A model generated the notes under the pieces. The model searched no databases. It saw only the letters and a program-made list of their open reading frames with translations, and was not told the DNA's origin. Shown piece after piece: positions 8,260-15,839 of a stretch of 41,786 nt of DNA. The stretch is from an uncultured Alphaproteobacteria bacterium (GTDB lineage Bacteria > Pseudomonadota > Alphaproteobacteria > Caulobacterales > Aquidulcibacteraceae), in assembly GCA_937967725.1 (NCBI GenBank), contig CALBSY010000298.1, forward strand, positions 1 through 41,786. Direction: 5' to 3'. The position numbers were made by a program, and so were the translations under genes. How positions within the stretch are numbered: position 1 is the first letter of the stretch; each line of letters opens with the position of its first letter.

Positions 8260-8955
8260 TTACTCGGTGACGAAGAGGCGCGCGGGGCGATTGCGCATGC
8301 GCTGATCGCCTATCACCACGCCGATGATTCGCTGATCCTCGTTCGCAACAACAAGCGGACGGGACGCCGGGACGGTCGGATCAGTCGAATGAAAGAAGAG
8401 CATGCCGGCGCCCAGCTCAGCGCAGACGACTTCAACCATCCCGTTCTTGGTGCGCGTGACAATTACGTGGTCACCAATGCGCGCGTCGGTTGAATCTAAA
8501 GGACAAACGATAAGGTAGCTGTCAGGACCGTAGTGCTTGTTCATGGACCCATCCCGCAAGTGGAGCGCGAACAACGCCGCCCCTTCGTAGCCTGGGGGAG
8601 GGGCCACTTTTATGGGTTCTGCGACGGGTTTGGTCTGGGCGCCCATTGATGCCGCCCCCTCTCTCCACACGCCGATCTCAGCGTAACCTACCAATGGAAC
8701 ATTGGTTACTGCTACCTTGTCTAGTTGTACTGTCGAATTATCCACAGCCTCAGCACCGCGCCCCTCAATCAGCCATTCGACTGTCGTCCCGAGCACAAGG
8801 GCTAGGCGGCGAGCGTTCGTTTCGGTCATGCTGCGTTTGCGGCCCTTGAGTAGGTCGCGCAGGAATGTGGGAGCGCGCCCAATCCGTTTGGACGCCTCCG
8901 CCGCCGTGAGGTTCATGGCCTCCAGGCGCTGCCTAACTCGTTCCCCTAGACTCAT
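8260..8955 (-). CDS. cI: CI-like repressor (XRE HTH plus S24-like C-terminal domain)
   Basis: MSLGERVRQRLEAMNLTAAEASKRIG...LGTTVEWL; LFALHLRDGSM; divergent from the cro-like gene. Confidence 0.9.
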   Translation of the reverse strand: MSLGERVRQRLEAMNLTAAEASKRIGRAPTFLRDLLKGRKRSMTETNARRLALVLGTTVEWLIEGRGAEAVDNSTVQLDKVAVTNVPLVGYAEIGVWREGAASMGAQTKPVAEPIKVAPPPGYEGAALFALHLRDGSMNKHYGPDSYLIVCPLDSTDARIGDHVIVTRTKNGMVEVVCAELGAGMLFFHSTDPTVPASRPLVVANEDQRIIGVVIGDQRMRNRPARLFVTE

Positions 8956-8993
8956 TGGGCGCCACACTACCACTGTGTGTCCTAACGGTCGGG

Positions 8994-9034
8994 CGGCATG
9001 TTTGCCTTGACGCCGCTGGCAAATATGCCATTTT
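8994..9034 (+). promoter_or_regulatory. PR-like promoter (TTGACG 9007-9012, CATTTT 9029-9034) with OR operators at 8994-9007 (degenerate) and 9017-9030
   Basis: Read directly; 16-nt spacer containing the operator. Confidence 0.7.
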
Positions 9035-9041
9035 AGGCGGC

Positions 9042-9296
9042 ATGGAAGAAAGCGTTGCCGATCTTGTCGCGCGGGCGCGCGCCTATGCCAAGGACGCTGG
9101 CCTCTCAGAGCAGACAGTCTCCGCAAAGCTGTTCGGCTCAGGCCATGCGCTGGATCAAATTTCGGCGGGAAAACGATCACTTACCTTTCGGGTGTTCAAC
9201 CGGGCCAGCGCCGAATTGCGCGTCATGGAGCGCAAGCTTGATGAGGCCAAGAAGGACAGGCGCGACGACAAGGCCAATAAGGTCGAGGTCGCGTAA
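9042..9296 (+). CDS. cro: Cro-like DNA-binding protein
   Basis: Position opposite cI; GLSEQTVSAKLFGSGHALDQISAGKRSLT HTH-like segment. Confidence 0.75.
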   Translation: MEESVADLVARARAYAKDAGLSEQTVSAKLFGSGHALDQISAGKRSLTFRVFNRASAELRVMERKLDEAKKDRRDDKANKVEVA

Positions 9297-9817
9297 TGGT
9301 GCGCGGCAACAACAGGGTAGGCCGGCTGATCCAGGCCACGATCAAGGTCGACCGGCGCGGATGCTGGATTTGGCAGGGCGGCAAGTTTGGCTCCGGGTAC
9401 GGCTGCCTCGTCATGGGCGGGAAGCAGTACGGGGCGCACCGCGCTTCCTACGAGGCTTTCGTTGGCCCGATCCCCGCCGGGATGCTCGTTTGCCACACCT
9501 GCGACGTTCCGGCGTGCGTGAACCCTAGCCACCTGTTCGCGGGCACTTACCGCGACAACGCGCAGGACATGATCCGCAAGGGGCGCCAGCGTCGCGGGCG
9601 GATTGGGCCGCTTTGGGTTGACCCGACTAGTTGCTCCTTCGTCAAGCTAACGTGGAACGATGTGCATGAAATCCGCGCATCGTCAGAGTCTCACCGCGCG
9701 CTTGCTGCGCGATTTCAGGTTCACATTAAAACCATTCGTCGCGTTCGCGCCGGTCGCACTTGGAAGCCACGAAACGCGAATAGCCCCCATTCCGATTTAG
9801 GGGAGGGGCGCGCGTGA
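9296..9817 (+). CDS. HNH endonuclease (homing-type) with C-terminal HTH
   Basis: GCWIWQG, GYG, AHRASY, VCHTCDVPACVNPSHL, DNAQDMIRKGR. Confidence 0.92.
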   Translation: MVRGNNRVGRLIQATIKVDRRGCWIWQGGKFGSGYGCLVMGGKQYGAHRASYEAFVGPIPAGMLVCHTCDVPACVNPSHLFAGTYRDNAQDMIRKGRQRRGRIGPLWVDPTSCSFVKLTWNDVHEIRASSESHRALAARFQVHIKTIRRVRAGRTWKPRNANSPHSDLGEGRA

Positions 9818-10131
9818 AGCCCGAACTCATCCGCGCGGCTGAGATGGTGCGCAAAGGCGCTTCCTACGGTGAAGCCGCCAAGGCGCTTGGGCTCACGCGC
9901 AGCCAAGTGGCCGGGGCTTGCACGCGCGCTGGCGTGCGGACGGGGCGGCCGAACGGGCGCGTCGGCAACGGCGCCGCCGTAGTCGCTCTGTACCTGGAGG
10001 GTGTGCCTGTCGCTGAGATCGCGCGGCGTTGCGGGCTTTCTAGCTGCACCGGCATTTGGCGCTACCTGCAGCGCGCTGGCGTCAAGTCGAACCGATACAA
10101 GCGCCGCTCAAGCGTGGAGATCTCCCCATGA
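9814..10131 (+). CDS. Double-HTH DNA-binding protein
   Basis: GASYGEAAKALGLTRSQVAG and GVPVAEIARRCG. Confidence 0.75.
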   Translation: MKPELIRAAEMVRKGASYGEAAKALGLTRSQVAGACTRAGVRTGRPNGRVGNGAAVVALYLEGVPVAEIARRCGLSSCTGIWRYLQRAGVKSNRYKRRSSVEISP

Positions 10132-10208
10132 TCCTCCTCGCCATAGCCACTGTCTCTCTGCTGCTGGGCGGGATCGTGTTCCTCGCTCTGTATCGGGTGC
10201 TGAGATGA
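10128..10208 (+). CDS. 26-aa membrane peptide
   Basis: MILLAIATVSLLLGGIVFLALYRVLR; ATGA overlaps at both ends. Confidence 0.55.
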   Translation: MILLAIATVSLLLGGIVFLALYRVLR

Positions 10209-10366
10209 GCGCGCGCGTCATCACCGTCATAGACGCGCCGGAGAAGAGCGCAGCGGCCGAGCTCATCGCCGCGCTCACCCACGCGCTCGACACCCACCTC
10301 ATCAACATTTTCATCTGCGCCGCCTTGCTCCTGGCTCTGGTCGCGCACCGCCAATGGAGCCGCTGA
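10205..10366 (+). CDS. Small membrane protein (MSARVITV)
   Basis: Hydrophobic C-terminal segment; coupled start. Confidence 0.55.
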   Translation: MSARVITVIDAPEKSAAAELIAALTHALDTHLINIFICAALLLALVAHRQWSR

Positions 10367-10576
10367 ATGGAACTGGGCCTGGCTATCGCCATGGGTGTTG
10401 CGCTGCTGGTCGCCGGCATCTCCGGCGGGCTCGCCTACGGCTATCGAAACGCGCGCGACACCGCCAACGAGCAAGTCCGCTACCTGCGAGAGCAAATCGC
10501 AAAGCTCATGCCGTCTCCAGGCCCAGGCGGGCCGGTGATGCAGAAGGGCAGCATCCACCTGCGGGAGATGTCGTGA
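10367..10576 (+). CDS. Small membrane protein
   Basis: N-terminal hydrophobic helix followed by a coiled segment. Confidence 0.65.
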   Translation: MELGLAIAMGVALLVAGISGGLAYGYRNARDTANEQVRYLREQIAKLMPSPGPGGPVMQKGSIHLREMS

Positions 10577-10914
10577 GGAAAAAGAACATCCCCTGGGACA
10601 GTGTTCTCGAAAACGCTTTGCGCGACGGGCTCTACGCCGCTGAGGTCGCGCGCCTTGTGGGTGTGGCGCCATCAACCGTGCATGACGCCTGCGAGCGCCG
10701 AGGGATCACCCTCGCCAAAAGCATAAGGGGCAGGGGCGCAAAACTCAACGCCGTGATGCTTGAGCGATTCCGCGCCGCGGCTATCGCCGGCACGCGCGCC
10801 AACGCCTTCTGCCTGCAGAACGACATTTCCTACGGCTCTCTCAAGCGGCTCGAGCGCATGCACGGATTCAAGCTGCGCCGCGACCGCGCCCAAACCGTGG
10901 AGCGCTCAGCATGA
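10573..10914 (+). CDS. HTH DNA-binding protein
   Basis: GLYAAEVARLVGVAPSTVHDACERRGI; GTGA overlap. Confidence 0.7.
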   Translation: MRKKNIPWDSVLENALRDGLYAAEVARLVGVAPSTVHDACERRGITLAKSIRGRGAKLNAVMLERFRAAAIAGTRANAFCLQNDISYGSLKRLERMHGFKLRRDRAQTVERSA

Positions 10915-11192
10915 GTTGGACACCCGAACGCATCGCCAAGCTCAGACAGATGTGGGAGGCCGGCTATTCGGACCTGCAGATCGCCAAGGCGCTCGGCGGA
11001 TTCCGTCATTGCAAGGATGGCGGGCGCAACGCTGTCGCCGGCAAAGCCCACCGCCTGGGCCTGCCAAGCAAGCTCGATCCCTCCAAGCCCCACCGCTGGA
11101 CCTTCAGCAGCGACAAGCGCCGCCAGAACGCCGCGCGCACGCGCGCGCCCTGGAAACCAGGCGACCCCAAACCCGATGGAGCGCAGGCATGA
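10911..11192 (+). CDS. Short GcrA-like protein (N-terminal HTH only)
   Basis: MSWTPERIAKLRQMWEAGYSDLQIAKALGG...RNAVAGKAHRLGL. Confidence 0.85.
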   Translation: MSWTPERIAKLRQMWEAGYSDLQIAKALGGFRHCKDGGRNAVAGKAHRLGLPSKLDPSKPHRWTFSSDKRRQNAARTRAPWKPGDPKPDGAQA

Positions 11193-11380
11193 GCATTTTC
11201 GCGGACTTCTCTCAGCCAGCCATCATGCAAACCACCCTGCATGAAGCCGAGCGCTTAGCCTTTGAGGACGCAAAGGACATGGTTCTCGCGCGCGCTGAGC
11301 TGGCAACCGTCGATCACCGGGGCAAGCGCCTCTCGGAGAGAAAATGGCGCGACCACATGAACTTCATCGGGAGCCTGTGA
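11189..11380 (+). CDS. Hypothetical protein (MSIFADFS)
   Basis: ATGA overlap. Confidence 0.6.
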   Translation: MSIFADFSQPAIMQTTLHEAERLAFEDAKDMVLARAELATVDHRGKRLSERKWRDHMNFIGSL

Positions 11381-11381
11381 G

Positions 11382-11615
11382 ATGACCTACGCCGACTATT
11401 CCCGCACCGACGATGAACTCGCCGTCCTGATGCACGCCGAGACCGAGGCGCACATCAAGCGCCTGCGCATCACCACCGGAAAGTCACGCAAGGCCGTGCT
11501 CGAGCACCTGGTCTGCTTCGCGGAGAACGACGAAGAGGCCCCGGCCTTCACGACCGCCCCAGGAAAGCCGCGCAAGCCCCGCCAGCGCCGCGCCCAGCAA
11601 GAGGTGAGGGCATGA
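11382..11615 (+). CDS. Hypothetical protein, possibly DNA-binding
   Basis: Coupled chain; basic C-terminus. Confidence 0.6.
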   Translation: MTYADYSRTDDELAVLMHAETEAHIKRLRITTGKSRKAVLEHLVCFAENDEEAPAFTTAPGKPRKPRQRRAQQEVRA

Positions 11616-11833
11616 AAGCCTGCGGCTCCTGCGTCCATCTCAGACGCCTCACAGACCCCATAGAGGCCAGAGCAACCCTGCTCGTAGGGATCTGCGCGCT
11701 CAATGTCCGATCCTATTCCCGCGCTCCTGTGGTCGCGGAGGATTCAGGGATCATGTGCCGCGATTTCGAGTGCGCCTCAGAAGCGCGTGCGGAAGCGGTG
11801 TTCCGGCAATTCGCTGAGGAGGAGGCCTTGTGA
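11612..11833 (+). CDS. Small Cys-rich protein
   Basis: CGSCVH...GIC...CRDF; ATGA overlap. Confidence 0.6.
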   Translation: MKACGSCVHLRRLTDPIEARATLLVGICALNVRSYSRAPVVAEDSGIMCRDFECASEARAEAVFRQFAEEEAL

Positions 11834-11869
11834 AACGGAAAGCGGCGCGGGTGTCCCTCCCGCGCCGCT
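11831..11869 (-). terminator. Intrinsic terminator-like hairpin, best read on the minus strand
   Basis: AGCGGCGCGGG-N7-CCCGCGCCGCT perfect 11-bp stem; minus-strand tail TTCCGTTTC. Confidence 0.55.
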
Positions 11870-11989
11870 CGCGAATGACTCGCGCCGATAATCTCCCGAC
11901 CCTCGAAGCCCAGGAGACCCGCTCAATATGAAGCGATTTCACGTTAAACACAAGTGCCGCCCCCAAGATGTTGTGCATGGGGGCGCCTG

Positions 11990-13402
11990 TTGACCAAATC
12001 CCTGCCACATAATTTGGAAGCGGAACAAGCACTGCTTGGGTCGCTGTTGTTCGACAACCGATTGCTCGAGCACGTCGGAGACCTGCGCGCCGAGCATTTT
12101 TTCGACCCTGTGCATGGTCGCATCTTCGCGGCGATCTCCGATGGCGTAGCGCAGGGCAGGCTTGTTGACGGGATAGCCCTCAAAGAGTGGGCGCAGCGCG
12201 ACCCCGGCGTCGTCCAGGTCGGCGGGGCGCGATACCTGATGATGCTGATGTCCTCCGCTGCGGCGATTACCCCGCAAACGCAGGCCTACGCCGACATGAT
12301 CCGCAGCCTGTCGCTCCGGCGCGCGATTGTCGGCGCTTGCCGCGACGCGGCGGCGCTGGCGATGGACCCGCCTGAGGACATGGACGCCGAGACCCTTCTG
12401 ATAGAGGCCCAGCGCTCCCTGAGCGGGCTTGGAGACGATGGCGGAGACGGGGAGGGGGCATGGCGCTCCGCCGCTGAGATAGCCCTGGCGGCCGTTGAGC
12501 GCGCCTACGCAGGCCAAGCCAAGGGGATCACCACCGGCCTGCCGAGCCTTGATGATTGCACGGGCGGGGGGCGGCCGGGCACGCTCTGGGTGATCGGCGG
12601 CGCTACGTCGATGGGCAAGTCCGTTGGCGGCCAGCAGCTCGCCGTGAACGTCGCTCGCAAAGGCTATGGCGTGGCCTACATCCACCTTGAGATGGATCAC
12701 GATGAGGTCGGGCTCCGGCTCGCCGCTGGCGTCGCCTACGAATACAAGCGCCGCAATGAGTGGGGCGCGCGCGCTAACCCCCATTATCTCGCGGCTGCGA
12801 ACCAAGCCCTGAAAGATGACCAATGGGTGCGCCTGCGGGACGCCGCCAAAAACGTCATGCCGAACCTCAAAATCTATGTGGACGATCGCCCAGGCCGCAC
12901 TGTGACGCAGATCGAATCCGCGGTGATGCGTCTTTTTCAGAAAATGCGCCGGGACGGGGTGACGCCCGGCCTCATCGTCGTTGACCACGAAGGCCTCATC
13001 GCCCCGGAGGGCAAGCACCCCTCCGAGCTGGAGGCCGCGCGCGCCCGCGCCAACCGCCTGAAAGACATGGCAAAGCGCCTAGGCGTTTGGACTGTGGCCC
13101 TCTCCCAGATCACCAAAGAGGGGAGCCGGGCGGACGGCGAGGAACGCCTGCCTCAGTCCACCGACCTCAACTACGGAAGCGCGCTCTCACAAGCCGCCCA
13201 CGTCGTCATCCTCATCCATCGGAAGGCCTACTACGCAGAACGAAAGCCGCATTCCGCCAGAACGGAGGAAGATATCAGGATGACTAAATCCCTCGAGACC
13301 ACGCTCGTCGTGGATAAAGCCCGCGGCGGACGCAGAGCCCACGTCGCCGCCCAAATGGACGTCGCCTCGGCCGTCCTCATTGAATCGGATGAGGCGCCAT
13401 GA
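11990..13402 (+). CDS. dnaB: Replicative DNA helicase, DnaB family
   Basis: LPHNLEAEQALLGSLL, Walker A GGATSMGKS, LEM, IVVDH, ALSQ, DKARGG; TTG start inferred. Confidence 0.95.
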   Translation: MTKSLPHNLEAEQALLGSLLFDNRLLEHVGDLRAEHFFDPVHGRIFAAISDGVAQGRLVDGIALKEWAQRDPGVVQVGGARYLMMLMSSAAAITPQTQAYADMIRSLSLRRAIVGACRDAAALAMDPPEDMDAETLLIEAQRSLSGLGDDGGDGEGAWRSAAEIALAAVERAYAGQAKGITTGLPSLDDCTGGGRPGTLWVIGGATSMGKSVGGQQLAVNVARKGYGVAYIHLEMDHDEVGLRLAAGVAYEYKRRNEWGARANPHYLAAANQALKDDQWVRLRDAAKNVMPNLKIYVDDRPGRTVTQIESAVMRLFQKMRRDGVTPGLIVVDHEGLIAPEGKHPSELEAARARANRLKDMAKRLGVWTVALSQITKEGSRADGEERLPQSTDLNYGSALSQAAHVVILIHRKAYYAERKPHSARTEEDIRMTKSLETTLVVDKARGGRRAHVAAQMDVASAVLIESDEAP

Positions 13403-13923
13403 GCAGTCTTGTGCATATTATCCCCCGCACGGAGCGCCCCGACTGGGCCGGCCCCGCATGGCCAGATTTCAGCGACGCCGACAAAACGCTGCTGAACGTC
13501 ATCTTCGACCTCCGCCTTAAGCGGTTAGACCATGCGGTGTTCGGCCGCCTGCTTGAGGCTTATGGTTTCGGACAGTTTGTGCTGGATCGGAAAGAGGCTG
13601 AGCGTGTCGCGGCCATGTTGGCGGATTGGGGGCGAAACGCCACGCTGAACAAGGTTGCGCTCTCAATCAAGCGGTTGGCGCGCTTTGGGCATATCAGCTC
13701 TGTCACCGAAGAGGTGTTCCGCCTAGGTATCGAACGCAAGGCCATAGCCAGAAAGCTCCGGCAGGAAGTTATGGAGCGCGACCAGTCAACCTGTCGGCTC
13801 TGCGGCGCAACAAGCAACCTGCAGATCGACCACATTCTTGCCCGCACAAAAGGCGGGGAGAACACAGCCGATAATCTGCAAGTCCTTTGTGTGACGTGCA
13901 ACGTCAGAAAGGGCAATGCATGA
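13399..13923 (+). CDS. HNH endonuclease with N-terminal helical (possibly wHTH) domain
   Basis: RDQSTCRLCG...IDHILARTKGGENTADNLQVLCVTCNVRKG. Confidence 0.88.
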   Translation: MSSLVHIIPRTERPDWAGPAWPDFSDADKTLLNVIFDLRLKRLDHAVFGRLLEAYGFGQFVLDRKEAERVAAMLADWGRNATLNKVALSIKRLARFGHISSVTEEVFRLGIERKAIARKLRQEVMERDQSTCRLCGATSNLQIDHILARTKGGENTADNLQVLCVTCNVRKGNA

Positions 13924-14186
13924 GCCTCTTCGCCACCATCAAGGCCTATGCGGCCAGCATTGATCCCGTCGCCAAGCTGGCGCTCATCGAGATTGCGGAC
14001 TGGGCGGACGACGCCGGCCGGGCGCCCGTTGTCATCAGCCAAATCGCCACGTTCGCGGGGTGCTCAGACATCGAAGCCGAGAAGGCGGTCGATCGCCTGA
14101 TCCGCGCCGGCCTCATTGAGCCTCAGCCGCTCGACGGGCGGGGCCGGCGCTTCGTCACCTTCACGGGGGGCGAAGATGGCAATTAA
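13920..14186 (+). CDS. Winged-HTH protein resembling an initiator N-terminus
   Basis: AKLALIEIADWADDAG...IATFAGCS...AVDRLIRAGLI. Confidence 0.7.
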   Translation: MSLFATIKAYAASIDPVAKLALIEIADWADDAGRAPVVISQIATFAGCSDIEAEKAVDRLIRAGLIEPQPLDGRGRRFVTFTGGEDGN

Positions 14187-15138
14187 GGCCCTGGAGTGGG
14201 CGTGGGAGCAGGACATCCCTCGCTCTGAGCGTGACGTGCTCATGGTGCTCGCCAACGCGATCAACAAAGACGACGAGTTCGCCTACCCCTCACAAGAGGT
14301 CATCGCGCGCAAAGTGCGGATGAGCGAGCGCCATGTGCGCCGTCTTATCCAGGCGCTCGAGGGGCGCGGCTTGGTTCGGACCATGCCTGGTCATGGCAAG
14401 GGTAGGGGCCGGGCGCCGACCCGCTACTTCCTCGCCTGCGACCACCGGACCGGGGAGGAGCGCAACCTCACAACCGGACATGAGGGTCCGCCTGTGGGCT
14501 CACAACCGGACCTCACAGGCATGCCGTCATGTCCGCCTGTGACGTCACAACCGGACAAGGGGTGTCCGGTACATATAAAGGAACCGGAAGTAGCTAGAGC
14601 TAAACCTGAAAAGAAAGAGCCTAAGACAATTAAGGCCCCTAGGCCGTCCGCGAAGATCGGCCCCGATGGGTTGCCCATGGACGGCCGTGTCGCGTTCGAG
14701 GAATGGGTCGCAGCGGCCAAGCGATCTGGCTGGAAGGTTCCGCGGGGAACGGCCGCCGCTCAAAGCGATCAGCGCAAGACCGTCATCCGCGCGCGGCTGC
14801 GCGAGTTCGGCATGACCGGATGGCGCGAGCAAATCGCGCTGGCGGAATCGCAGCCGTTCCTTGGCGGCGACAACAGCGATGGCTGGAGCATGGGCCTGGA
14901 CTGGTTTCTGAAGCGCGCAAACTGGCAGAAGGTCGGGGAGCAATGCTACCTGCGCAATGGCCGCAAGAAGCCCGCCTTGCCGGAGTCTGTGACGCCTGAG
15001 GAATGGCGCCGCCGCCTCGCGAACTACGAGCACGACGGCTCGTGGAGTTCGAGCTACGGGCCACGTCCTGGGCAAGAGGGCTATGCCGGCCCGCCGCTGC
15101 GGCGTTCATCCAATGAGCACGGGAGCGTGGCGGCATGA
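14176..15138 (+). CDS. Replication initiator (lambda-O-like, N-terminal wHTH)
   Basis: VLMVLAN...AYPSQEVIARKVRMSERHVRRLIQALEGRGLV; internal iterons; C-terminal FLGGDNSDGWSMGLDWFLK. Confidence 0.88.
   Translation: MAIKALEWAWEQDIPRSERDVLMVLANAINKDDEFAYPSQEVIARKVRMSERHVRRLIQALEGRGLVRTMPGHGKGRGRAPTRYFLACDHRTGEERNLTTGHEGPPVGSQPDLTGMPSCPPVTSQPDKGCPVHIKEPEVARAKPEKKEPKTIKAPRPSAKIGPDGLPMDGRVAFEEWVAAAKRSGWKVPRGTAAAQSDQRKTVIRARLREFGMTGWREQIALAESQPFLGGDNSDGWSMGLDWFLKRANWQKVGEQCYLRNGRKKPALPESVTPEEWRRRLANYEHDGSWSSSYGPRPGQEGYAGPPLRRSSNEHGSVAA
14468..14635. repeat. Probable replication origin: iterons inside the initiator gene
   Basis: TCACAACCGGAC at 14468, 14500 and 14545; inverted variants GTCCGCCTGTG at 14486 and 14531; A-rich tract after 14571. 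Confidence 0.78.
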
Positions 15139-15317
15139 GCGGCGACGGGCTCGGGATGGATCGCGAAGCGTTCGAGGAGCGCATGCGGCTGTGGACCCCG
15201 CTCAAGGCCGCGCTGATGGCTAAGCTTGGGGCGTTGGGGGCCGCGCGCTGGCTTGAGTACGCAGCGCGCCAGATACGGCGCGAGCATAACCTACCGGCTG
15301 AGGAGAGACGCCCATGA
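15135..15317 (+). CDS. Hypothetical protein
   Basis: ATGA overlaps at both ends. Confidence 0.6.
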   Translation: MSGDGLGMDREAFEERMRLWTPLKAALMAKLGALGAARWLEYAARQIRREHNLPAEERRP

Positions 15318-15790
15318 GCGACTGGAACCCCGAATACCTTGAGTTCGCGCGCAGGCTCTACACGATCCACGGCCTGAGCGCGGGGCAGATTTCGCAAAAG
15401 CTGGCGGAGCTGGGCTTCAACGTATCTCGCTCGGCTGTGATCGGGAAGCTCACGCGCGCCGGCGTCATGGGCAATGTGGACGCGCACACAAAGCGCGAGC
15501 GCTGGCGTCAGACCACCGCGCACGCCAATCACCGGAGGCCCGCGACGAAGAAAGCGATCGCCCAACGCTCCGGGCCTCTGCTGGTGGCCGCGCCGGTCAA
15601 AACCGGAGCCCCAAAGCGCGGGCCTAACTCGATCCGGTTTCTGGACCGCTCCCACTACCAGTGCGCCATGTTCTGCGAAGGGGAGGAGGGAAGCGAGGGA
15701 TATGTCTGCGGCGAGCCTGCGGTCAAAAGCTCATGGTGCGCGCGCTGCCTCCGCATCGTCGCTGATCCGGTGCAGAAGCGGGTGGCTTGA
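15314..15790 (+). CDS. gcrA: Full-length GcrA-like transcription regulator
   Basis: W...GLSAGQIS...VSRSAVIGKLTR N-domain plus QCAMF...VCGEP...WCARC C-domain. Confidence 0.8.
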   Translation: MSDWNPEYLEFARRLYTIHGLSAGQISQKLAELGFNVSRSAVIGKLTRAGVMGNVDAHTKRERWRQTTAHANHRRPATKKAIAQRSGPLLVAAPVKTGAPKRGPNSIRFLDRSHYQCAMFCEGEEGSEGYVCGEPAVKSSWCARCLRIVADPVQKRVA

Positions 15791-15799
15791 GCACTTGGC

Positions 15800-15830
15800 T
15801 GAATCTCCCGTTAACCGGTTCGCTTAAACT
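15800..15830 (+). promoter_or_regulatory. Candidate CtrA-dependent promoter: TGAA-N7-TTAACC with overlapping GANTC and -10-like TAAACT
   Basis: One mismatch to TTAA-N7-TTAAC; located about 25-40 nt upstream of ATG 15840. Confidence 0.45.
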
Positions 15831-15839
15831 CTCGCGCCT

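Noticed and set aside
14468-14570. Repeats as a mini CRISPR array
   Set aside because: Only 12 bp, irregular spacing, mixed orientation, inside the initiator gene, no cas genes; iterons explain them
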